From IMG/VR virus record IMGVR_UViG_3300021492_000072: a stretch of DNA of 64,000 nucleotides. The stretch is one strand, 5' to 3'. A program made the translations under genes and the position numbers. The stretch's first letter is position 1. Each line of letters opens with the position of its first letter. This DNA is from a virus. A model generated the notes under the pieces. It was not told where the DNA came from, made no database searches, and worked only from the letters and a program-made list of their open reading frames with translations. Of the stretch, positions 9,582 to 18,537 are shown one piece after another.

Positions 9582-10956
9582 CTTTCCGAAAAGGGATAAC
9601 ACCTTGTAAGTCCTTATAAGGGTTAGATAAGGCACCCTCTACGTACCTACGTGATCGTGGTGGAACAAAGAACCTGGAATAAGGATAGTCAATCTCCACC
9701 TTGAGCCCATAAAACGGCGGGCACCGCCGTGAGTAAACCAGAGACACATCCAGGATCGTGCTCGATCTATTACTAGCTGCGTCCCCTTTTGTAACATCTG
9801 AAAGTACCACAACATGATCCAGCCCATACAAAAACGCGTAACTCTGTCCTATGTCCGAACCCTTTAATCTAGCCCCGACTGTTTCCTGAGCCCTGATCCC
9901 TTCTCGGGACGCACGGGCAACAGTCCAAACAGCAACCTGGTTCTCCTTAGCAAACGAGTGAAGCCACTCAATTATATCAGCACCTACCGAGAACAAATGA
10001 GATTGGTCTCTTACACGCTCTGAGTGTACTAGGTTCAAGTAGTCTAAGAGAACAACATCTGGTTTAGAGCCCAAAGTCGAACATGCTTGATCGAACTTTG
10101 ACTCAAGAAGTGTTGGAGTCGCTGCGTAAGAGGACACATCAACCTGCAGCAGAACCGCCGGTGGTTGTAAGAACGACGAGACGATCGGTTCGATCTCTTG
10201 ATACCTCATCCCGTAGTCGCTAACACAAATCGATCTCATCCCAAACTGGTTAGCAAAAGTTAAATCGTATCTGATCCCTATCTCCATTGCAGACATCTCA
10301 AGAGTAAAATGAAGCACGCGCGCTTGAGCGTTAACAACTGCGTAGGAACCCATCCAAATCAGGAAGAACGTCTTCCCTATCTTAGGCGGAGCACAAATGG
10401 CTCCTACTTCTCCAGGTAAAAGAAAAGTAAACTGACCAAGCGCAAGAGGAGAAGGGACGCCTGCTTTAGTGTAAGCGCGCTTCCAGGCTTCCATACGTTC
10501 CCGTAAAGCGCTTGTATGATTAACTATTGGTGCGGACTGACGGTCGATATAAGAGATACCTTTAGCTATATCTGATATCTTATCAACATCACCACGTTTT
10601 AGTAATGAGTCAGCTTGTCGGATAAGTCTTGTCACTCTCTTTCTCTTCAGCCATTGAACCACTTTGTCAGCAAGATAGGGCTGGTCTTCAGGGCTGTAAG
10701 ATTGTTCCATCCAGCGCTCAAAAAACTGAACTACATAACTAGACTCCACTGATGTTAGTCTACCCTGTAGGTTAGACTTCAACTCGTCTACAAGAAAGTC
10801 AGGTCGTGGTAGTGTTTTGTACCTCGTTTCGTACCTCGCAACCAAATCAAAAAGTAACTGAATAATCGCGAGGTCAAAATCCTCTTTTTTTGTCTTCGCT
10901 AGTAAGTCCCAATCTAAATACGTAACAAAGTACAGTAACACTCCTATGTCATCCAT
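9574..10956 (-). CDS. DnaB-like replicative helicase
   Basis: APPKIGKT, HFTLEM, LLDYLNL; adjacent to primase. Confidence 0.85.
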   Translation of the reverse strand: MDDIGVLLYFVTYLDWDLLAKTKKEDFDLAIIQLLFDLVARYETRYKTLPRPDFLVDELKSNLQGRLTSVESSYVVQFFERWMEQSYSPEDQPYLADKVVQWLKRKRVTRLIRQADSLLKRGDVDKISDIAKGISYIDRQSAPIVNHTSALRERMEAWKRAYTKAGVPSPLALGQFTFLLPGEVGAICAPPKIGKTFFLIWMGSYAVVNAQARVLHFTLEMSAMEIGIRYDLTFANQFGMRSICVSDYGMRYQEIEPIVSSFLQPPAVLLQVDVSSYAATPTLLESKFDQACSTLGSKPDVVLLDYLNLVHSERVRDQSHLFSVGADIIEWLHSFAKENQVAVWTVARASREGIRAQETVGARLKGSDIGQSYAFLYGLDHVVVLSDVTKGDAASNRSSTILDVSLVYSRRCPPFYGLKVEIDYPYSRFFVPPRSRRYVEGALSNPYKDLQGVIPFRKDE

Positions 10957-11249
10957 CGGCTCTTTTCCTCCAAATGGCTGTCAGCCCATTGAAGGAACTC
11001 CTTAATCGTCTTCTTCCGTGCAATTGCTCTCAAAATCAGGTCCACAGAACTGCACGGGTAGTTACTCAACACATAGTCAAAGTAAATACTGGCCATGCTG
11101 GGATACGGTGCTAATCTAAGGAAGCTAGTATACGCTCTGAGCAGTGTCTTTGCCCGTTGTGGAGTTAGATAAATCCTGAAACCCGGATATTCCTTACGCA
11201 TCGCAAACACAAACGCTAACACAAACTGATCAAACGACACAAACCTCAC
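10944..11249 (-). CDS. hypothetical protein
   Basis: Operon packing. Confidence 0.55.
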   Translation of the reverse strand: MRFVSFDQFVLAFVFAMRKEYPGFRIYLTPQRAKTLLRAYTSFLRLAPYPSMASIYFDYVLSNYPCSSVDLILRAIARKKTIKEFLQWADSHLEEKSRWMT

Positions 11250-12513
11250 CTAAACCTGTCGAAACGTAAATATCATATCTACTCTTACCTTGAGACTTCA
11301 ACACTGAGGGATGTTGATCCCATATATCACAAAACAACAACCTTTTCCCCTCTTGATACCGTATACCCCGACCCAACCGCTGCAGGACGCTAATACAAGA
11401 ACGGACCGGCGCGCTGTTTATAATAACCTGTATGTGTTTGTTATCAATCCCTTCCTCAAGCAGCTTTGAAGTGAAGATTACTCCTTGGGTTAACCTACTG
11501 ACCTGCTCCCTTACCTTGGCAGGAGTTCGATAATCAACCACGAACGATCCAGGTATTCTCTTACTCATTAGATCAGCATGTTCAACCCGGCCCAAGAAAA
11601 CCACTATAACGCCTCGCGAACTAAGCTCTGTTATCAACATCTCCAACAGCTCGTTGCGCTGTGGATCGGTCATGATACGTTTCTTATAAATCCAACCTAT
11701 GTCTCTTTCCTTAGACCCAGGTATCGTGTATCTCCCCACATACTTGATCATACAAAAATCAACAGGACAAACCAGCTTAATCTTCATCCCCTCTTGGTAA
11801 GATGCGGCGTTAACCACGTTGTTCATGAAAACAAGTTTGATCACTTTATCCAACCGATCCGACCGCCCTGTTGGAGTGCCCGTGAACCCATACCACCGAG
11901 ACGCTCTCGTGCCAAGCAGTTTACGTAGGTAAGAAGGCGCCGCTACGTGGTGTGCCTCATCAACCAGAACCACATCGTATCGAGAAGCAGCGAGGCTCTG
12001 GAAAGTAGAGACCATAATCCGACCTCTTCTTTTCTTCTGACCTGTACGTATTCCTACGCCCGAAAACCATTCCCTGAGTTTGTTGTAGGTTTGCACTACA
12101 ATCCGCTCACGATGAGACACACATAACACTTTATAATCCCGGAACACGGAACACAACCCTGCTATCATGTAAGTTTTGCCTGTACTAGTAGCGCTCACAA
12201 TAAGAGCCGATTGATATCGAACCGCTTCTTCAACTACACGCTGCTGAAAGGGCATGAGCGATTCTATCGTGCATTCCTTCGGAGCAACAGGTTTTGTTAA
12301 ATCCACAACCTCCACGGATTTCATGGTAGTTAGGAATCCACTAGGGAACTCGTCACCAAACAAGAACACTTTTCGCTCTTGGTGCCATTCCGGGACGCGC
12401 CCCTTTGACGGATGGTATACGATACGCATAGAAGGGACTAAAAACGTCACCTTACTCATCAGATCTCGAGTTAGCTTCCCCTTCGCACAAATTCCATACT
12501 TTTCAATCTTCAT
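11230..12513 (-). CDS. superfamily 2 DEAH helicase (UvsW-like)
   Basis: STGKT, DEAHH, TGTP, EGID, QRLGRGIR. Confidence 0.9.
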   Translation of the reverse strand: MKIEKYGICAKGKLTRDLMSKVTFLVPSMRIVYHPSKGRVPEWHQERKVFLFGDEFPSGFLTTMKSVEVVDLTKPVAPKECTIESLMPFQQRVVEEAVRYQSALIVSATSTGKTYMIAGLCSVFRDYKVLCVSHRERIVVQTYNKLREWFSGVGIRTGQKKRRGRIMVSTFQSLAASRYDVVLVDEAHHVAAPSYLRKLLGTRASRWYGFTGTPTGRSDRLDKVIKLVFMNNVVNAASYQEGMKIKLVCPVDFCMIKYVGRYTIPGSKERDIGWIYKKRIMTDPQRNELLEMLITELSSRGVIVVFLGRVEHADLMSKRIPGSFVVDYRTPAKVREQVSRLTQGVIFTSKLLEEGIDNKHIQVIINSAPVRSCISVLQRLGRGIRYQEGKRLLFCDIWDQHPSVLKSQGKSRYDIYVSTGLGEVCVV

Positions 12514-13456
12514 TAGTCTGCCGCAACTTGCTGACATTAAATACGTCAAACACTGCTAAATAAGGATAATGAGTGTTTTCAGCCACATAGAATCCGATAG
12601 GAAACATAGTACATTGAGACAGTATGAAATGACGAAACTGTCTAAACGCTGCAAACACAAACACAACCCTGCACCTGAACTTCTCAATCCATTGTAACCA
12701 CTCCAAGCAGTCCTTATCAGATTCAACTTGTAAACAAAGAATTACCTTTCTGGATACATAAGGAAACCCCCGGAACGGTAGTTGCATATCCTTTGTTCGA
12801 TTAGAGATAAAGTACTTCATGGCACGCCTAACCGCGCCCCCTTTTGGGTGGGGCATCCACGCAAAAGCAACCCGTCGTAGCTTAACTATCTGTGAAATTT
12901 GGTAGGCACACCACCCGGTCGCTTCGTAAGATAAAAACGTCACAGGTTCTCTTATCAAACGGTCCACAATCGCACGTGCGGTAAGGCCCACCCGCAGTAC
13001 TTGGTCGCCCGTCATCCAGTCAACATACATTTTAGGATTCTCAATACATGAATAAAAATGGCGTTTGTCTTTCAGTTTCAGTATCCGTACTTTCCAGCCC
13101 CTTATAAAGTCCCCATACAACCGGAAAGCGTAGGCAGTCTTGATCTGCTTCTTAACCGCGTACTTCAGTTTAGGACTACGCTGAGCTGCGAAGGGTTCAA
13201 TATCACGAGCTAAATACGAGGCCATGCGTGGCGGTACTTTCTTATGGAACAAAAACGCCGTGTGCAGCACGTCTTTCAACAACGTCCGAGGTCTCCCTGC
13301 ACACCCAAACTCAGCGATTCTCAGAATCATACACTCCAAAAAGTAGTCGCAATGAGTACACACTTCATCAAACCGGAACACACCATTACACCTTGAAGGA
13401 AATTCTCGCCTGAACATAAAACACTTCTTAAAACTCAGGACAGGCAACTCCATCAA
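12503..13456 (-). CDS. hypothetical protein with Cys-rich N-terminus
   Basis: 317-aa ORF coupled to both neighbours. Confidence 0.6.
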   Translation of the reverse strand: MMELPVLSFKKCFMFRREFPSRCNGVFRFDEVCTHCDYFLECMILRIAEFGCAGRPRTLLKDVLHTAFLFHKKVPPRMASYLARDIEPFAAQRSPKLKYAVKKQIKTAYAFRLYGDFIRGWKVRILKLKDKRHFYSCIENPKMYVDWMTGDQVLRVGLTARAIVDRLIREPVTFLSYEATGWCAYQISQIVKLRRVAFAWMPHPKGGAVRRAMKYFISNRTKDMQLPFRGFPYVSRKVILCLQVESDKDCLEWLQWIEKFRCRVVFVFAAFRQFRHFILSQCTMFPIGFYVAENTHYPYLAVFDVFNVSKLRQTNED

Positions 13457-14865
13457 GCGCTCCTGTGTGAAGTCACGATTACCTGAGAGAAGAGTTTCGT
13501 TGCCCCTCCTGACAAGTAGTCCATCAACGCGCTATAATGTACTTCATCCAGAGAATCCCCAACTGAGTCTAACAGTAATGGTGTGCGTGGACAGCCATAG
13601 AGTAGTGAGAGAAGATACGAAACCGTAACTCGAAACGCCGTTGCAACATAGTCCTGCTGTCCTGTCGAAAGCAAATTGAAGTCCTTTCCGTCCACTTTGA
13701 TGTTGAAGGCTTCGTCTAGCTCAAATGAGTCAAACACGCCTGCCTTCAAAATATTTGTGGTGTACACAGACAGGAAATTGATCAGTGGGGTAGACATCCA
13801 CATCAAAAAGTCTCTCAGCACCTTCCGGGCTTGCTGAGTCGTGCGTGCACTTCGAGCTCTCTCGATAGCTTCCTTTAAGTTTTCAAGAGTATGCTTCTTA
13901 ACTCGCTTTTGTGTTATCAAATCCAAGTACTGCCGGCACACGTCCTCCTCAAGATCAGGGATCAAATCCGAGAACGCTTCAGGCGAAACAGTATAAGCGG
14001 GTGGAAGACTTTTCAACTCGGCATCAAGACTCAACATCTGTTGGTAAGTTTCATTTGCGCGCTCTATGATATGATTCCGTGAGTAAGTAGTAGAACCACA
14101 TAAGGGACAGTGAGGTGAATCAACGTTTGAAGCCATTTGTTGTAGTTGATACAGTGTGCGGAGCATGCTCAACTGTTCTTGTAGTTGAGCACGTCTCTGC
14201 GCCGCAGCTGGATCGTAGGCTTTCTTCAGACGTAAGAGCTCTATTTGTCTACGTAGTACGGGCTCGAGAGAGTCATCAACTTCTTCAAGCTTTTGTAAGT
14301 CCTTCTGACAATCCTCCAACTGATCCTCTAATGCGCGTAAGGACGATGAATAAGACGTTGGTGATGAAAGCGACTTCAAGGCTCTTTCAATGACGTCTAG
14401 TCGAAGTAGAGCCATGATAAATTTACGTCGTGTGTTCATATCAGCCCGGGCGATTAAGGCGGCCTCCCTCTGGAAACAGCAGATAGTCGTCCGAACCAAT
14501 TGAGGTGGCATAATATGATCCTTCACAAACCGTTGAATCTCCGTCACTTTTGTCATTGATGTGCGACCCCACTTCAGCGACGAGTTCCGTGGGCTAAGCC
14601 CCCTTTTTATGACGAGCTGCTTCTGGCCTAATTGGGCTTTCATCGTAACATAACTAGATCCTAACGAACCTTCGCGTACATAATCACTCACTGTTCCTGG
14701 AATCGCGCCAGACCCCGCAAGTGAATAAGCGACGCCCTCAACCAACGTCGTTTTACCACCCCCATTCGGTAACACCACTAAATTGAATCCAGGATTAAAC
14801 TCATACTTTGACTGTGAGTAACACTTAAAGTTGGTTAATGTAACTAACTCGATCAAAAACATCAC
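13453..14865 (-). CDS. Rad50/SbcC-like ATPase (gp46-like)
   Basis: NGGGKT, CPLC zinc hook inside a coiled coil, LSTGQ signature, LLLD, TSH. Confidence 0.9.
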   Translation of the reverse strand: MMFLIELVTLTNFKCYSQSKYEFNPGFNLVVLPNGGGKTTLVEGVAYSLAGSGAIPGTVSDYVREGSLGSSYVTMKAQLGQKQLVIKRGLSPRNSSLKWGRTSMTKVTEIQRFVKDHIMPPQLVRTTICCFQREAALIARADMNTRRKFIMALLRLDVIERALKSLSSPTSYSSSLRALEDQLEDCQKDLQKLEEVDDSLEPVLRRQIELLRLKKAYDPAAAQRRAQLQEQLSMLRTLYQLQQMASNVDSPHCPLCGSTTYSRNHIIERANETYQQMLSLDAELKSLPPAYTVSPEAFSDLIPDLEEDVCRQYLDLITQKRVKKHTLENLKEAIERARSARTTQQARKVLRDFLMWMSTPLINFLSVYTTNILKAGVFDSFELDEAFNIKVDGKDFNLLSTGQQDYVATAFRVTVSYLLSLLYGCPRTPLLLDSVGDSLDEVHYSALMDYLSGGATKLFSQVIVTSHRSA

Positions 14866-15810
14866 TTACTCCATATTTTGTTTCAAAACATCAACACAAA
14901 GGCTCCTTAACTTACGAGGAATTCCTTTCATCTCACAAAACTCGTCAAACGACTCTAGTAGCGGCTTAACAACGGTCAACTCCGGTACATTGGTAGGCTC
15001 CTGGGTTGACAACTCAACTGTAACTTGGAGCGGAACCCCGCTGCGTCGAAGCTCCTCAACCCAACTTACGTCAGCACCAGAGGTTCTACACCGAACAATA
15101 GCGCCTTGAAGAGAATCTAACGTCTGTGGTGGGCTGGTTAAAGTGATATATGGTCTCGCTGGAGTCTCGACAAAGCGTATACCTCCCTTATCGTAAACCA
15201 AATACCCACAAGGGAAACCTTCTTGATTAAACGAAAAGCGTTCCACAGCTCCTATGTAACAAGCATTTTCACTCAACTTCGTGTACATATGCAAATGTCC
15301 TAAAAAACAGTAAGTATACTTTTCATACGGAATCTCTATTCCACGGTTCCTAAACTGGGACACTGATTTATCCTCTAAATGCGCCACCAAAAAGTCGGCT
15401 TCCTCAAACTTAGGAGTCGTAGTGTAAGGAATACAGTAGAAAGAAGCACCTTCCACATAAATAGTAGATGGACTATCAACCACACACTTCACATGTGGTA
15501 AAACCGATAAGACACTCAACGGAGACCAAGCATCACGTAAGGGCTTGTCGTGGTTCCCACTAATTACTATCACAGGGCACTGGATCTTCCGTAGCCCTTT
15601 CAACGCCACACAATAAGCCGCAGCAGGCGGTCGAGTTGAGTCAAACAGATCACCCACAACTACAACTACATCCGGGCTCTCTTTGACGGCCATGTCAATC
15701 ATATTGTCAAAAGCATGGTAGACGTCATTCTCACGCAAATTGATCCCATCTACGACCCTTGAACCACTCCTAAAACCTAAATGGACATCTGGTAACGCGA
15801 CGATCTTCAT
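14866..15810 (-). CDS. Mre11/SbcD-like nuclease (gp47-like)
   Basis: DVHLG, GDLFD, GNHD, GHLH. Confidence 0.92.
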   Translation of the reverse strand: MKIVALPDVHLGFRSGSRVVDGINLRENDVYHAFDNMIDMAVKESPDVVVVVGDLFDSTRPPAAAYCVALKGLRKIQCPVIVISGNHDKPLRDAWSPLSVLSVLPHVKCVVDSPSTIYVEGASFYCIPYTTTPKFEEADFLVAHLEDKSVSQFRNRGIEIPYEKYTYCFLGHLHMYTKLSENACYIGAVERFSFNQEGFPCGYLVYDKGGIRFVETPARPYITLTSPPQTLDSLQGAIVRCRTSGADVSWVEELRRSGVPLQVTVELSTQEPTNVPELTVVKPLLESFDEFCEMKGIPRKLRSLCVDVLKQNME

Positions 15811-15852
15811 AGCACACCACCTTGTGAGACACTTTAATATTTACACACCGAA

Positions 15853-16161
15853 CTAGCGTTTCTTTAGCTCGTTAGGAATTTTAAGAGTCGGGACTACAAG
15901 TCCACTTGTGATTTGGAGATATCGTGACTCAACCTCTTTTGGCAGAGCGGCTAAGACGCAATCCTTCTGCTCATAACCGATTTCCTTCACTCCTACAAGA
16001 GTCAGGGGTATAAGCTGCGCCTGTACAGGAGAAATGGGAATGAAACGCACCGGATCTTTGCAGACATACGTAGATCCCTCCTCATAAACCTTCGCAATAA
16101 TACACTCCAAAGAATGTTTCAACAAGATCAACTTTAGGCCCAAGTGTTTCATATCGGCCAC
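15853..16161 (-). CDS. hypothetical protein (Sm-like phage protein?)
   Basis: ORF ends Y.QITSGLVVP, a tail seen in small beta-barrel phage proteins. Confidence 0.45.
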   Translation of the reverse strand: MADMKHLGLKLILLKHSLECIIAKVYEEGSTYVCKDPVRFIPISPVQAQLIPLTLVGVKEIGYEQKDCVLAALPKEVESRYLQITSGLVVPTLKIPNELKKR

Positions 16162-16409
16162 CCCCGCTTACGAAAGTACTGCTTAACCTTCTCTAGAGGA
16201 ATGAACACTCTCTTTCCCGACTTTAACGTAATCCAAATACCTTTCCGTCCCTGAAAAGTGACCAAATGAGATTCAAGCCAATGTTTGTTCCTAATCGCGG
16301 CCGAAATCCGCGCGTTGCGCCCGTCACGACTCTCCGCAATCTTTTTTCCGGTTGATGACTCTATTAGATGGTATAGCCCCTCCTTCACCTTCTTAACTAC
16401 TACTGGCAC
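16149..16409 (-). CDS. hypothetical basic protein
   Basis: GGAGG RBS; WITLKSGKRVFIP motif. Confidence 0.55.
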   Translation of the reverse strand: MPVVVKKVKEGLYHLIESSTGKKIAESRDGRNARISAAIRNKHWLESHLVTFQGRKGIWITLKSGKRVFIPLEKVKQYFRKRGWPI

Positions 16410-16420
16410 TGAATACCTCC

Positions 16421-17113
16421 TTAAGTGTAAGTCTCCACCAATCGTAGGAGTGTACCCAACGCACGCCTCAATTGAACAGGACCCAAATCTGTACCAACAA
16501 AAGGATATGTTGTGCTAACACTCCTAATATTAAGCGGGCTACGCTTGCTAAACTCCTGGTAGAAAGGTAACTCGACTTCTGGATCCACTAGACCTAAAAT
16601 ATGAACCGGCTTCGCTGTCAGGTCCTGAGTTAACATGTACCTCAAAACATAAAGTCGGGATAAAAGTAGTTTCATCTCCTCCTGAACCCTAACATCCGGT
16701 GCATCCCACAATAAACCCATAGCGTCTTTACTCAAACCGATCGCAGTTACAAAACGTGACATATACATTGATTCTAAAAGCCTAAAGAACTCCTCTTGAT
16801 TACGACCTTGAGGAACACCAATAACCCCAATTTTTAATCTCGCAACCTGCTTCATAAACTCAAACTCCGGATCAGGGGGAGAAATGACCTCGCTCACACG
16901 AACTTCGCTCAGAACTTTAGTTACATATGGGGTTAACTCTTTTAGATCTTTTACTATCAGATGATGCCCCTTCTTACCTAGTCGTTTGTAAAACTTAAAG
17001 TACGTTTTCGTAGATTGAAGAAGCTCCATCGAGACCAAATGCCCGAATTGGCCGACTTCCACAACCCAATGCGCGTACTTAAAAGGAACGTCAACAGCTA
17101 TCCACATATTCAC
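16421..17113 (-). CDS. degenerate paralogue of the TGT-fold protein at 135-863
   Basis: Shares VPQG, IGL.K, PVHILGL and RSV, but lacks LDNG and the D of VDTS. Confidence 0.6.
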   Translation of the reverse strand: MNMWIAVDVPFKYAHWVVEVGQFGHLVSMELLQSTKTYFKFYKRLGKKGHHLIVKDLKELTPYVTKVLSEVRVSEVISPPDPEFEFMKQVARLKIGVIGVPQGRNQEEFFRLLESMYMSRFVTAIGLSKDAMGLLWDAPDVRVQEEMKLLLSRLYVLRYMLTQDLTAKPVHILGLVDPEVELPFYQEFSKRSPLNIRSVSTTYPFVGTDLGPVQLRRALGTLLRLVETYT

Positions 17114-17832
17114 TTCCCTCCTAACACCTTCCGAGTATAAACATACGATGCACCAACCGCAGCCGCCACATGTGAAATAGGAGCCGCTGGGTGGTCCTTG
17201 CGATACGCAATAATCCTGTCACGCAGCTTGTCAGGCGCTCTCAAGCCAAGCTTAATCTTCAACGCTTCAACGAGCTCCCTGAACGATCCAACTATAAAAT
17301 AGGAACGCGGATCGATATCTTGGACGGGACATACACTACAAGCACCTCGTCGGTCACACAGTAAGCACACAGCCGCTTCAACTGTGTCAGATAAAACCGG
17401 GCATCTGACACACTGGTTAACACGGTGTCTCACAGTAAAATTAGGTTTACGCTTCACGAACCTGAACAGAGCACCCCGGTCGAACATTAGCTTAAGCAAG
17501 TGTGTACGTGATGTCTCAAGTGATCTAGCACTCTTTAGTGAGCGGGGTGGCCAGGTTATATCGCTCAACGTCCTCCTTACAATATCTAACGTTTGTTCAT
17601 CTAGTTTAAGCGAGTTGTACGACAAGTGCCTTAGCGCCGATGCTTCCAGCTGCCTGACGCGTTCGCGTGAGACTCCTAAAATCTCAGACAGCTCATTAAG
17701 AGTATGAGGCCCATCGTTCGCGACCCTGATAGCGCAATTCCCGTACCTCAAACGTCCAACATACGTCATTCTAGTGAAGTACCGGCAGCGCGTGTCATGA
17801 CAAACAAGTGGCAACTCCCAACATTCCATCAC
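17110..17832 (-). CDS. transcription regulator with sigma-70 region 4, Cys cluster and C-terminal HTH
   Basis: TLNELSEILGVSRERVRQLEASALRHL. Confidence 0.75.
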   Translation of the reverse strand: MMECWELPLVCHDTRCRYFTRMTYVGRLRYGNCAIRVANDGPHTLNELSEILGVSRERVRQLEASALRHLSYNSLKLDEQTLDIVRRTLSDITWPPRSLKSARSLETSRTHLLKLMFDRGALFRFVKRKPNFTVRHRVNQCVRCPVLSDTVEAAVCLLCDRRGACSVCPVQDIDPRSYFIVGSFRELVEALKIKLGLRAPDKLRDRIIAYRKDHPAAPISHVAAAVGASYVYTRKVLGGK

Positions 17833-18074
17833 AAACGTATTTTACTCCTTATTAGTATCATATGCCCAACTTTTTGGACCACGCGTTTACGGACTAACCT
17901 TTCTAACTCACACTTAGGAACGGACCGGGGAATACCCCTTACCCGTATAGGATCAAAAAACAACTTAGAAGCCGGGTTTAGGTTAGGTGAGCCTAGCAAG
18001 AACTCCCTTAACTTCCGCCCGTCCCTACTTAGAGTTACGTAAAACCTTCCGTGCATACGCTTGGGATACGCCAC
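17829..18074 (-). CDS. hypothetical protein
   Basis: Operon packing; true start uncertain. Confidence 0.4.
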   Translation of the reverse strand: MAYPKRMHGRFYVTLSRDGRKLREFLLGSPNLNPASKLFFDPIRVRGIPRSVPKCELERLVRKRVVQKVGHMILIRSKIRL

Positions 18075-18537
18075 ACGATTTCGCGATCTCCGACACAGTA
18101 GCTTTGGGGTGACTCTTCAAATAAGATACTATAACATCTCTCTTACTCCCCTTTGAGCCACTATCCTTAGCTGATTTATGATCTTCTGTCGGTTTAGGTG
18201 CTTTTGACCGACGTGTCTTTCGCCTCACTACTTCATCTTTCACCTCACTTTTTACAGTCTGGGCCGACACTGACTTAACTAAGCTCGCCGGGTCAACCAT
18301 AACATCCTCAACCGTAAGGTTCTGAATGTCGTTTGCTCGTGTAACATCACACTGAGAAAAGCGGGAACACGCAAAACAGAAGATCAACGCTTGATACCTA
18401 TCCAACGCAGGGCACCAAATTGACTTAGTAAGCCGGTCCCTAAACTCATCCTTAATGTCCTCATTACTCATAAGCCGAAGCATAACCATTACCTCCATAA
18501 TACACTTTCCGTGTTGTATACTCACGTAATCTCTCAC
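18025..18537 (-). CDS. Cys-motif plus C-terminal HTH protein
   Basis: WCP...CFACS..C; YLKSHPKATVSEIAKSCGVSQAYARKVL. Confidence 0.65.
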   Translation of the reverse strand: MRDYVSIQHGKCIMEVMVMLRLMSNEDIKDEFRDRLTKSIWCPALDRYQALIFCFACSRFSQCDVTRANDIQNLTVEDVMVDPASLVKSVSAQTVKSEVKDEVVRRKTRRSKAPKPTEDHKSAKDSGSKGSKRDVIVSYLKSHPKATVSEIAKSCGVSQAYARKVLRNSK

